Below, one piece after another: positions 36,123-44,846 of a stretch of DNA of 64,000 bases; positions within the stretch are counted from its first letter, which is position 1, and every line of letters begins with the position of its first letter. The stretch is from a virus. The notes below the pieces were generated by a model. It was given only the letters and a program-made list of their open reading frames with translations. It made no database searches and was not told the origin of the DNA. Both the position numbers and the translations under genes were made by a program. The stretch covers positions 5,977 through 69,976 of IMG/VR virus record IMGVR_UViG_3300040809_001127; one strand, given 5' to 3'.

Positions 36123-36494
36123 CTATTTGCCGAAAGCTTTACCAGCTTCACTGATACCAAAACAACCTAATGTTACTACAACAAAAGATGTATAAATGGT
36201 ATCTGAAATTTCTAAAGGCGTACCGTCCATTGCTGTGATCAGATCAAATATACCAAATGCTACCATCATAGCAAATGATATAAATCCAACGATTGCTTTT
36301 TCATTTACATCATTATCATCAAGGAAGATGTCTAATACTCTTCTCTTTTTCTTAGGTGCAATCGATTTTTTCTGAGCTTCAGCATCTGCTTTAAGCCTTG
36401 CAATTTCTTTTTCTTTGTCATGTAAGCTATTAATGAGCTTATCATATTTTTCTAAGTCTAATTCGACTTCATTTCTACTATCTACTTCAGCCAT
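36123..36494 (-). CDS. Two-TM membrane protein
   Basis: DNDVNEKAIVGFISF...SFVVVTLGCFGI; coiled-coil N-terminus. Confidence 0.65.
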   Translation of the reverse strand: MAEVDSRNEVELDLEKYDKLINSLHDKEKEIARLKADAEAQKKSIAPKKKRRVLDIFLDDNDVNEKAIVGFISFAMMVAFGIFDLITAMDGTPLEISDTIYTSFVVVTLGCFGISEAGKAFGK

Positions 36495-36637
36495 TATTTT
36501 TTCATTCTCCTCTGCATGTTTGCCATCTTTTCATTTTCTTTTTTGATATGTTCTTGTAGCAGAGCTATGTAAATCTCCCTCTCCCACGGTACCATATCAT
36601 CTAGTTCTGTTAAACTATAGTTATGATGTTGCATCAT
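36494..36637 (-). CDS. gp51: Baseplate hub assembly protein gp51-like (not in ORF track; possibly expressed via frameshift)
   Basis: MMQHHNYSLTELDDMVPWEREIYIALLQEHI; frame stays open upstream to 36691. Confidence 0.75.
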   Translation of the reverse strand: MMQHHNYSLTELDDMVPWEREIYIALLQEHIKKENEKMANMQRRMKK

Positions 36638-36684
36638 TGCAAAGTTAGTCTTGTAATGGTTTACCAGACTATCATGCGAGAGGC

Positions 36685-37398
36685 CTACGTAAAAAAACTT
36701 TGGATACCCCTTAGCTCAAGTTCTTGTTTCTTTCCACATGCCATGCAGCTATACTCTACAACATCTGCAACTGTTGGCATTGATTGAAACCAATCCGCAA
36801 TTCTTTTAAATTGCGTTGAACTTAAACTTTCTAAGAAGTCTACCACGTCCTCTCGTTTTTCATCTTTTGTATCATATACATTTTCATCATCATAAATTGT
36901 ATCGATACAATCAACAATCATTTCTACAGCTCCTTGGAAAGTATTCAACTTCTTAGTATCATACTTGGCCAAATCATCAACGGATGGATACCTAACAGTA
37001 ACACCCATATCATCTGTAATTTTAATTACTTTATCTTTATCAAAATCACCATCAACTTTTACTGATTCTAAATCAATATCAACATCAGTGACTCCATTAC
37101 ATTCTTCTTCAAGGCATTTAAGTTTTACAACTGCCTTTTCACCAACTGATTTAGAACGTAATTTTAAAAACATCCATTCTAAATCAAATGCTGTAAGTTT
37201 ACGTATATCAATATCATCAAATACACAAGCCTTTACAACATCTTTCATGGCTCTTACTATTTGCTTTTGATCTTGAGATTCTAAAGCAATCATAAGAATT
37301 TTTTCTTCTTTGACCACGTATGGTCTATATTCTATTGTTTGACCCGTTGACGGTAGCGTAGTGCTATATCTCGAGCTCATCACTTTTGGCAAAGCCAT
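36685..37398 (-). CDS. gp26: Baseplate hub assembly chaperone gp26-like
   Basis: MALPK, YRPYVVKEEKILMIA, FLKLRSKSVGE, two Cys pairs, GIQSFF. Confidence 0.85.
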   Translation of the reverse strand: MALPKVMSSRYSTTLPSTGQTIEYRPYVVKEEKILMIALESQDQKQIVRAMKDVVKACVFDDIDIRKLTAFDLEWMFLKLRSKSVGEKAVVKLKCLEEECNGVTDVDIDLESVKVDGDFDKDKVIKITDDMGVTVRYPSVDDLAKYDTKKLNTFQGAVEMIVDCIDTIYDDENVYDTKDEKREDVVDFLESLSSTQFKRIADWFQSMPTVADVVEYSCMACGKKQELELRGIQSFFT

Positions 37399-37412
37399 AA
37401 TATTCTCCTATA

Positions 37413-38048
37413 TTATATAAATGAACCTGGTATCGAATTAACTATAGCCGAAGCTGTACTAGATAATGGACCTTCAGGTACATATTTATCATACGCAAAG
37501 GTAACACTCATTTGTAATACCGTTTGCGAATCTTGATTCAATTCAATTGAATTCATTGTTATGGGAAAAGCCTTTTCGAGCTTTACACCATATACTGGAA
37601 CATCCTCTTGATTTAACTGTTGTATAATTACATCAACAGAATAATCTTTTTTGTAACCCACTCTATATGATTGAGTATCAAATATGCCTGACATCCAGTT
37701 GTCAAACATTTGTCTCATATAATAATCATTGGTAACTAAGAACGTAAATGTAATATCATCATCAATGAATGTATATGGAAACTTATTAACTTGGTTAACA
37801 TCACTATGTTCAAATGTAGATATATTTCTGCCTGGAATCGAAACTGATTGGCAAAGTATTGATATATCTCTTGGGTCATTAATTAAATTACCTGCTGAAA
37901 AATTACCAGATAATAATGACCCTACAATTGATTCACTATTTAAATTAAGTAATGCCTGAGAAGGCGGAGTAAAAAATACATTAAATTTATTACTCGGTGC
38001 TAATCCACCTTTTTTAGAAATTGTTGCTTTTAAGTTATCTATGCTCAT
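37413..38048 (-). CDS. Tail-tube-fold protein (gp54-like tube initiator)
   Basis: GLAPSNKF, LCQSVSIPGRNI, KFPY, FDNWM, LEKAFP, SVTFAY. Confidence 0.7.
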   Translation of the reverse strand: MSIDNLKATISKKGGLAPSNKFNVFFTPPSQALLNLNSESIVGSLLSGNFSAGNLINDPRDISILCQSVSIPGRNISTFEHSDVNQVNKFPYTFIDDDITFTFLVTNDYYMRQMFDNWMSGIFDTQSYRVGYKKDYSVDVIIQQLNQEDVPVYGVKLEKAFPITMNSIELNQDSQTVLQMSVTFAYDKYVPEGPLSSTASAIVNSIPGSFI

Positions 38049-38641
38049 GATCCACTCTGATATTGTTTTCTAGAGTATCTCCAGACTGATTCTTTCTTAA
38101 CCTTAGCAAACTGCTCAACAGGTAAGAAGATTGCAATTTCCCATTCAGTCATAGGCACTCTTCTAATAGGTGATTTAACGTGATCCATTAAGTAATGTTT
38201 AAAACATGGTTGAAACTCTTTATATTTACGTACACCACTTAATAGATTATATCTTAGTCTTGCAAGCCTTGTTGTATCTGTTACCTTTTTAGGAGCTAAT
38301 GACATTAACTCATCAAGAAATCTTGCTCTTACTGCAGGGCTCAAATAGTGTAAATTAAGTCCATGGAAACCACCCGGAGCCGGCTGTACTAAAATAGTCA
38401 GAGGGAATCTATCATAATAAGGTAACTCATTTTTTAATTTAGGATCGTAAAAATACATACACATATCGCCAACCTTTGGATTAGCTTGTGTTTTAAGATT
38501 AGGATCTTTTAATACTGTTCTACGATTTACTCTACCAAGATCTCGCACAGCTTTTTGGAACCATCTCATTGATTCCTTTGATCTTGGTTGTACGCCAGCT
38601 CTAAAAGCATTGGCATTTAATGTATCAAATAGACTTGCCAT
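38045..38641 (-). CDS. gp2: DNA end protector protein gp2
   Basis: YFYDPKLKNELPYYDRFPL, GLNLHYL, PCFKHYL, AIFLPVEQF. Confidence 0.9.
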   Translation of the reverse strand: MASLFDTLNANAFRAGVQPRSKESMRWFQKAVRDLGRVNRRTVLKDPNLKTQANPKVGDMCMYFYDPKLKNELPYYDRFPLTILVQPAPGGFHGLNLHYLSPAVRARFLDELMSLAPKKVTDTTRLARLRYNLLSGVRKYKEFQPCFKHYLMDHVKSPIRRVPMTEWEIAIFLPVEQFAKVKKESVWRYSRKQYQSGS

Positions 38642-38646
38642 ATAAC

Positions 38647-38654
38647 TATTTATA
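38647..38654 (-). promoter_or_regulatory. T4-type late promoter for gp2
   Basis: Minus strand TATAAATA-GTTAT-ATG. Confidence 0.75.
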
Positions 38655-38659
38655 TGTTC

Positions 38660-39100
38660 TTAAAGTATCTTTATACCAAGATTTTTAAGAGTATCTTCAG
38701 TCCAGACTTGAAATTTCCATCCATTATGTTGAGCAAATTTATTAGCAGCATTCCATTTATCGGTATTTTTGATATATGTAAGCTGTTCATTTATATAACG
38801 TTTGCTTTTACGTTTAGGAGTCTTGGGAGGAGCTGTTTCTTTTTTAGGTTTAATCTCAATGAGATATGTTTTACCATTCTTCATTTGTATTAATAAATCA
38901 ACATAATATCGATGTAATGATTTATCTACGCTATAAACATATGGTACAACTACATCTTCGCTATTCCATAATTTAACATCTGGATTGTTTTCACACCATC
39001 TAAATGCATTACGCTCCCAGAGAGATCGATATACGACCTTCGTTGGATCACCAGCATACTTTTCTGGTTTTTTAATTGTATATCTACCTTTATAAGCCAT
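38660..39100 (-). CDS. gp4: Head completion nuclease gp4 (TnsA-like)
   Basis: MAYKGRY..KPEKYAGDP, YRSLWER, HRYYVD, IEIKPKKE; start ATG 39100 with AGGA RBS. Confidence 0.9.
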   Translation of the reverse strand: MAYKGRYTIKKPEKYAGDPTKVVYRSLWERNAFRWCENNPDVKLWNSEDVVVPYVYSVDKSLHRYYVDLLIQMKNGKTYLIEIKPKKETAPPKTPKRKSKRYINEQLTYIKNTDKWNAANKFAQHNGWKFQVWTEDTLKNLGIKIL

Positions 39101-39131
39101 ATAAATAATCCTATAGAAATATTTATTTATA
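39100..39131. promoter_or_regulatory. Pair of opposed late promoters between gp4 and gp48
   Basis: TATAAATA on + at 39100-39107 and on - at 39124-39131. Confidence 0.75.
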
Positions 39132-39143
39132 CAGGAATTAAGC

Positions 39144-39950
39144 ATGTCTATTATTGTCTTTCCAAGAGCATTAAGGGAAAAAATAGGAGAGGGTAAGTAT
39201 CCTCACATTTGTTTTTCGCCTACAACAAAAAATTTAGATTATGAGAAAGTACATTTATATTGTCCACAAGGAATATCAGTAGGCGACGGTGCGAATTATA
39301 ATGGTATTGAGTTAGGCGAAATAAAAGCTGCTCAAAGCTTTGCTAATAATATTACAGCTGGAGCATCTGGATTTGAATTATCTGACAATCAACAGCTTGT
39401 GGGTTCTCTTAAGTTATTGGATAAGATGGGTGTTGATGCAAATAAAACAGCAGCAGTTGCTTTATCTCAAGGTGTAGCATTTAACCCACAAACCGCATTG
39501 GCATTTGAGTCAATGAACTTAAGAACATTTGAATTTTCATTTACATTAGTACCTGAATCAATGGATGAAAGTAATGATATTAAAAACATTGAAAACTTTT
39601 TTAGAAAGTATATGTATCCAGAGGTTGAAAACTTTGTAGCGAGATATCCTGAAAAATTTAAAATACAATTCTTTGATGGCGAAGAAGAAAATCCGTATAT
39701 GCCATTTATACATGAATGTTTTCTTGCAGGTATGAATGTTACTATTAATAATGAAGGTAATAGTTTCTTTAAGGGTGACGGTGGTTTTGGTGCTCCTACA
39801 TCTGTTCAAATGAATTTACAATTTAGCGAAGGTAGAATGCTTTCAAGACAAGACATTTATAAAGATAAAAAAGGTTTTGATTATAATACTGCAAGACCTC
39901 AAACTATGGCCGGTACTACAAGTACTACTGGCGAAGGAGGTAATGGTTAA
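39144..39950 (+). CDS. gp48: Baseplate tail-tube cap gp48-like
   Basis: FNPQTALAFESMNLRTFEFSFTLVPES..ES..I..I..FFRKYMYP. Confidence 0.8.
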   Translation: MSIIVFPRALREKIGEGKYPHICFSPTTKNLDYEKVHLYCPQGISVGDGANYNGIELGEIKAAQSFANNITAGASGFELSDNQQLVGSLKLLDKMGVDANKTAAVALSQGVAFNPQTALAFESMNLRTFEFSFTLVPESMDESNDIKNIENFFRKYMYPEVENFVARYPEKFKIQFFDGEEENPYMPFIHECFLAGMNVTINNEGNSFFKGDGGFGAPTSVQMNLQFSEGRMLSRQDIYKDKKGFDYNTARPQTMAGTTSTTGEGGNG

Positions 39951-40834
39951 TGAGTAACTTTTTTAAACTATTTCCAACAAGATCATATGACTTTTTAGGT
40001 ACGGGCATATCTCAAAATATGGTTGACATATTTAGAAATGTAAGACCTGTAGAAGAGTTTTTAGATAATCCATCAGTATATAGATTTTATGAAATCAAAA
40101 ATGGTGAAAGACCTGATATCGTATCGCAAAGAATATATGGTACACCAGAATTTTATTGGACCTTTTTTGTTGTTAATAAATTTTTACATGATGGTTATCG
40201 CGCATGGCCAATGAGTCAAGAAGATTTATTTGAGTATATACAAAAAGAATATAATGGATATGTAATTACCACAAGGCCAAGTATTGTACGTAATACTGAT
40301 CAAATTATTACAGAGTTTAGAAATAGTATCGCTGGTAAATTTGATGTAGGGCAAACGATATATGGTACAAAGAGTGGAGCAAAGGGTAGACTTACAGCAA
40401 AGAATATTGATATGAATCAATTAATCGTACAGGATGTAACGCTGGGCACGTCTGGTGTTAATGGTATTACCGGTGATCCAGATCCAAGTGTAATTGGTGG
40501 AGCATTTATTGGCGATCCTCAAAGTATTAACTTTGCTACAGAAACAGTAAAACAAATTGAATTTGGAGATCAGGCAGAAGAGTTTGTAGATACATATCGT
40601 GTATTTAAATATGCAGATGCTCCATATTACTATTATAAGCAAGATGATCCCGATAAAAAACCAGTAACAAATGCAATCTTTATACAAGGTGGTATTGCAG
40701 AATCTGATTTAAAATATGTTACTAATCGTGAACATGTAAATGAAGTAAATGAAGAACAATCAAGAATAAGATATGTCTTACCAGAATATATCAATCAATT
40801 TGTCGATCAGTACGAAGAATTATTAAATGTCTAA
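39950..40834 (+). CDS. gp53: Baseplate wedge subunit gp53
   Basis: FFKLFP, YEIKNGERPDIVSQRIYG..FYW, WPMS, EVNEEQSRI. Confidence 0.85.
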   Translation: MSNFFKLFPTRSYDFLGTGISQNMVDIFRNVRPVEEFLDNPSVYRFYEIKNGERPDIVSQRIYGTPEFYWTFFVVNKFLHDGYRAWPMSQEDLFEYIQKEYNGYVITTRPSIVRNTDQIITEFRNSIAGKFDVGQTIYGTKSGAKGRLTAKNIDMNQLIVQDVTLGTSGVNGITGDPDPSVIGGAFIGDPQSINFATETVKQIEFGDQAEEFVDTYRVFKYADAPYYYYKQDDPDKKPVTNAIFIQGGIAESDLKYVTNREHVNEVNEEQSRIRYVLPEYINQFVDQYEELLNV

Positions 40835-42125
40835 TAAAGGTACATCAAGAGCATTACCTGGAAGTAATGACTCACTTACACCATCAAGTTATTCTATTCG
40901 CGCAATAGAAATGACCACTAATGCTGGATTGACTTTAGATATATCAAATCTTGTTAATAAATTTGAAATTCAAGAGTCAATTGATAGTCCATTTTTAAAT
41001 GTAGTATTAGTAATTGTTGATGCAACAAACTTTTTAGAAGAACATAAAATTTCAGGCAATGAGAAGATTTATATACATATAAGTCGATCGCCGAACTCTA
41101 ATTTACAAGATCCTCAAGCATTTAAATTAAAACTTAAAATTGCTGAAGTGTTTGGTTATACAAGACTTGAACCTACAAAACAATTTTATAGATTTAGATG
41201 TGTATCTGAACATGTATATAATGATCAAGCTAAAATACTTAAAACATCTTTTAGAGGTACGATTGGAGACTTAGTACATCGTATTACAAGAGATTTAGGT
41301 ATTATTAATAAAGACATTGAGACATCAAGTAAGAGTATTATTAAGGGTATATACCCATCGATTAAACCATTACAAGCAATTAGATGGTTAATGAGAAGTG
41401 CATATGATAATGGCATGCCATATTACTTTTATGAAACAGCAAAAGATCAAGAAATAAAATTTGTATCATATAATACTTTAATTGCATTAGATCCTTATGA
41501 CTTTTATGAGTTTAGACCTGGATTTAAAAATTCAATTGGTACAAAAGAATATTATGATGAAGTGCGAAGAAGAATTAAGTCAATTGATGGTGATTTAAAT
41601 ATGGGTCAATTATATCCTATTGCAAGAGGTGCTTATTCAAGTACATTACATACATTAGATATTGCTACAAAAACTTTTAAGAAACAAACATATAATTACA
41701 AAGGTCAAAAGATTAATAAGAATAAACCCTTTCCACAGGATAAAATATTTGATAAAACATATGATACATTAGACGAATCAGCTAATTATTATATCTCATT
41801 AAATTCAAAAGCGTTTGATAGTGTTGATAACTATCATGCGCCAACTGATATATCTCTTAATAAATATGAATCTCATTTAAGAACAGTTGATTTTCAATCT
41901 CTTAATATATTATTATCTGGAGACTTTGAATTATCTGTAGGTAAATTAATCGATCTAAAATTCATTAAGGCTACAGATCCTCAGCATTTAGACACTGATA
42001 ATTTAAGAGATAAATATTTATCAGGCAAATATATTATATCAAGAATCACACATGTATTTGATGAAGAGTTTACACAAAGAGTGACAATAAAGAGAGATTC
42101 GTTAGGAGTGAGTTTAGATGCGTAG
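40827..42125 (+). CDS. Baseplate hub protein (gp27-like)
   Basis: IQESIDSPF, YYFYET, LSGKYIISRITHVF; lies between gp53 and gp5. Confidence 0.65.
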   Translation: MSNKGTSRALPGSNDSLTPSSYSIRAIEMTTNAGLTLDISNLVNKFEIQESIDSPFLNVVLVIVDATNFLEEHKISGNEKIYIHISRSPNSNLQDPQAFKLKLKIAEVFGYTRLEPTKQFYRFRCVSEHVYNDQAKILKTSFRGTIGDLVHRITRDLGIINKDIETSSKSIIKGIYPSIKPLQAIRWLMRSAYDNGMPYYFYETAKDQEIKFVSYNTLIALDPYDFYEFRPGFKNSIGTKEYYDEVRRRIKSIDGDLNMGQLYPIARGAYSSTLHTLDIATKTFKKQTYNYKGQKINKNKPFPQDKIFDKTYDTLDESANYYISLNSKAFDSVDNYHAPTDISLNKYESHLRTVDFQSLNILLSGDFELSVGKLIDLKFIKATDPQHLDTDNLRDKYLSGKYIISRITHVFDEEFTQRVTIKRDSLGVSLDA

Positions 42126-43470
42126 TCAAGATGGTTTTGTTGATGGTCAGTTTTCATGGTTTACTGGAGTAGTAGAAGATCGATTTGATCCTGAAGAACT
42201 GAATCGTGTAAGAGTACGATGCTTTGGATATCATAGTGAAAATAGAGCTGATTTAGAAACTGAAGATCTTCCTTGGGCTACTGTAATGATGCCAACAACT
42301 TCAAGTGGTACATCAGGTATTGGTGACACACCACATGGATTAATGGAAGGTTCATGGGTCGTAGGATTTTTTAGAGATGGACCATCAGCTCAAGATCCTA
42401 TTATCATGGGTACAATTGCGTCTCAAGCTTCTTCAAGAGATAAGGCTTTAGGATTTACTGGAGATAATTTACCTAAAGGAGAATATGTAGGTCAAAGCGA
42501 TGTTAATTTCTCTGCAAGAAATTCTAAATATCAAAATGGCGCGTCTGTTTTAGAAAGAAATAAAGAAGATTATCCTGCAATTAATACTGCAAGTCCTGCT
42601 AAAATATCGACAGTGGCTGATGATAAATCAGATAGTTATTATGAAACTCAAACATGGACTGAATTAAAGGCTTTAAATGGCCATGAACCTGATTATCCTT
42701 ATAATAAAGTATATGAATCTGAAGGTGGTCATATTACAGAAATAGATGATACACCAGGATTTGAAAGAACTCATCGCATGCATACATCTGGTTCATATGA
42801 AGAAATATACAATAATGGTACAAGACAAGTAAAAATAGTTGGTGACGATTATGAAATCATTGTAAATAATAAAAATATTCATATCAAAGGTAATATGAAT
42901 ATGACAATTGATGGTGATTTAAGACAATTAGTATATGGTAACTATCATTTAGAAGTAGAAAAAGATATGACTATGAATATTAAAGGTTCATTACAACAAG
43001 GTATTCAAGGTAACCATGAAGCTGAAATCGCAAGAAATCGTAGTGTCAATATAGGTAATAATGATAATCTTTTAATTAATAATGATTTAATTACTAATGT
43101 TGTTAATGATAATCTTATGACTATATCAAATGATTATGTTATTAATACAGCAAAGAATTATTCTAACACATCATATGAAAATATGAATCTTTTTGCTGGT
43201 GGTAAATATTCACAAAGTTCAGTAGGTGATTATGCAGTCGCATCAAATGGTAATATGAAGTTTGGTACAACAGGTAATTTAACTGAAGAGATTGATGGTA
43301 CACATACATTAACTTGTGCAGAGGCAGATATAACATATGATGCTGGTGAATTAACTGTTAATACAATTACTCATACACAGCATACACACGTTGAAGTACC
43401 AGGAACTGGTGGAGCAAGTTCGCCTACTCCAGGAACTCAATCAACAACACCTCCGGAGGCTAATACATAA
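42118..43470 (+). CDS. gp5: Baseplate central spike gp5 (no lysozyme domain)
   Basis: OB-fold WFTGVVEDRFDP..RVRVRCFGYH, YPYNKVYESEGGH..EIDDTPG, beta-helix repeats. Confidence 0.9.
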   Translation: MRSQDGFVDGQFSWFTGVVEDRFDPEELNRVRVRCFGYHSENRADLETEDLPWATVMMPTTSSGTSGIGDTPHGLMEGSWVVGFFRDGPSAQDPIIMGTIASQASSRDKALGFTGDNLPKGEYVGQSDVNFSARNSKYQNGASVLERNKEDYPAINTASPAKISTVADDKSDSYYETQTWTELKALNGHEPDYPYNKVYESEGGHITEIDDTPGFERTHRMHTSGSYEEIYNNGTRQVKIVGDDYEIIVNNKNIHIKGNMNMTIDGDLRQLVYGNYHLEVEKDMTMNIKGSLQQGIQGNHEAEIARNRSVNIGNNDNLLINNDLITNVVNDNLMTISNDYVINTAKNYSNTSYENMNLFAGGKYSQSSVGDYAVASNGNMKFGTTGNLTEEIDGTHTLTCAEADITYDAGELTVNTITHTQHTHVEVPGTGGASSPTPGTQSTTPPEANT

Positions 43471-44375
43471 TGTCTTTATGCGCTGATAATCAAACTCTTA
43501 CTGATATAAAAGATAAACAAAAAGAGTTAAATAATATTTTAGAAGCTGGTAAAGAACAGTTAGCTGCAATGCAATCTAAAATGAATGAGCTTAAAGGCAA
43601 ATTAGAATCCTTTAAGCCTGAAATACCTGAGATTGATGGTATACAAAAAGACTTATTATCTTTAACTAGTGTTACTACACCAGAAGAACTTAGTTCTAAA
43701 CTTACAGAGTTAAATAGTAAATATGGTACAAATTTTCCTGCAGATAAAATAAGTGAACTTGGATTAGATTCGTTTCCGCCTACAATAAATAAGTCTGCTA
43801 TATGTGACCAAATACCTAACCTTGAAGTAAAACCTGATGGAACAGTAAAAGAAGAACCAAAAGAGTCTAAGCCGGCTGAAGAGAAACCACCAGAGCCTAC
43901 ACCTGAAAAGAAAACAGCTCCAGTTGCTCCAGTGGAATTAGATAAGTATGAGTTAAATAAAGATTTAATTAAAGTCGCAAGAAAGCTTTCATATAGAGAT
44001 AATCAAGTACAGATTACTAAAATAGGTTTGAGAGGAAAAAAGAATAGACAAAAACTATTTGACCTTACTTGGCCAGAAGGTATAATTGAAATTGTCGAAG
44101 CTGGTGGTGGTGATACAGACGCATTAAAGTTTTTTGATTATACTGTAAGTGATTTAAGAAGTAGACAAGCAGCATTTAAGGCTAAACATAAAAAACTTTC
44201 AAGCTGGGATTTTAAAGCAGAAGGGCAAGGTGTTGAAAAGCAATATAATAAAGAGAAAGAATTTGCTCTTGGATATGGACTTAAAATAGGATTTGCCGAA
44301 TCCTTTACTATTGCTGCTACACAGGCTGTGGCGAGAAAACAAAAATCTCTCACTGAACAAGAAGAAACATCGTAA
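43470..44375 (+). CDS. Hypothetical protein
   Basis: GGAGG RBS, TAATG coupling; coiled coil plus Pro/Glu-rich linker. Confidence 0.6.
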   Translation: MSLCADNQTLTDIKDKQKELNNILEAGKEQLAAMQSKMNELKGKLESFKPEIPEIDGIQKDLLSLTSVTTPEELSSKLTELNSKYGTNFPADKISELGLDSFPPTINKSAICDQIPNLEVKPDGTVKEEPKESKPAEEKPPEPTPEKKTAPVAPVELDKYELNKDLIKVARKLSYRDNQVQITKIGLRGKKNRQKLFDLTWPEGIIEIVEAGGGDTDALKFFDYTVSDLRSRQAAFKAKHKKLSSWDFKAEGQGVEKQYNKEKEFALGYGLKIGFAESFTIAATQAVARKQKSLTEQEETS

Positions 44376-44382
44376 TATAGGA

Positions 44383-44390
44383 TATAAATA
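44383..44390 (+). promoter_or_regulatory. T4-type late promoter for gp25
   Basis: TATAAATA-GTTAT-ATG. Confidence 0.78.
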
Positions 44391-44395
44391 GTTAT

Positions 44396-44845
44396 ATGTC
44401 AACTTTACTTACAGGCGATAAAAGAATATCAGGAGATCTTCAAAGATCGAAGGTTGTTTCTCGTAGAAAACAGCATCGTGATTTAGATTTATCTCTGAAA
44501 ATACATCCAATTCGTAAGGATATTATACCTTTGAAGGATGACGCTGCAGTAAAGAATGCAATTAAAACATTATTACAAACAAATGCTTTTGAAAGGCCGT
44601 TTCAGCCAGGTCTAGGAGCAAATCTCAGAGGTTTATTATTTGAGCCTGCTGATGCAATTACAAGAATTGCAATAAAAGAAAACATTAAAAATGTAATTAC
44701 TCGACACGAACCAAGAGCTGAAGTATTAAGTGTTGATGTAAAAGATAATTCAGACGAAAATGCATATAATATATTAGTAAAGTTTTTATTGAAGGAAATA
44801 GAAACAGAACAGTCTGTTGAAATCATACTAAGAAGGTTAAGATAA
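44396..44845 (+). CDS. gp25: Baseplate wedge subunit gp25
   Basis: DLDLS, AVKNAIKTLLQT..ERPFQPGLGANLRGLLFE, HEPR. Confidence 0.9.
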   Translation: MSTLLTGDKRISGDLQRSKVVSRRKQHRDLDLSLKIHPIRKDIIPLKDDAAVKNAIKTLLQTNAFERPFQPGLGANLRGLLFEPADAITRIAIKENIKNVITRHEPRAEVLSVDVKDNSDENAYNILVKFLLKEIETEQSVEIILRRLR

Positions 44846-44846
44846 A

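Noticed and set aside
39101-39145. N-terminal extension of gp4
   Set aside because: Spans the late promoters; the MAYKGRY start at 39100 has its own RBS.
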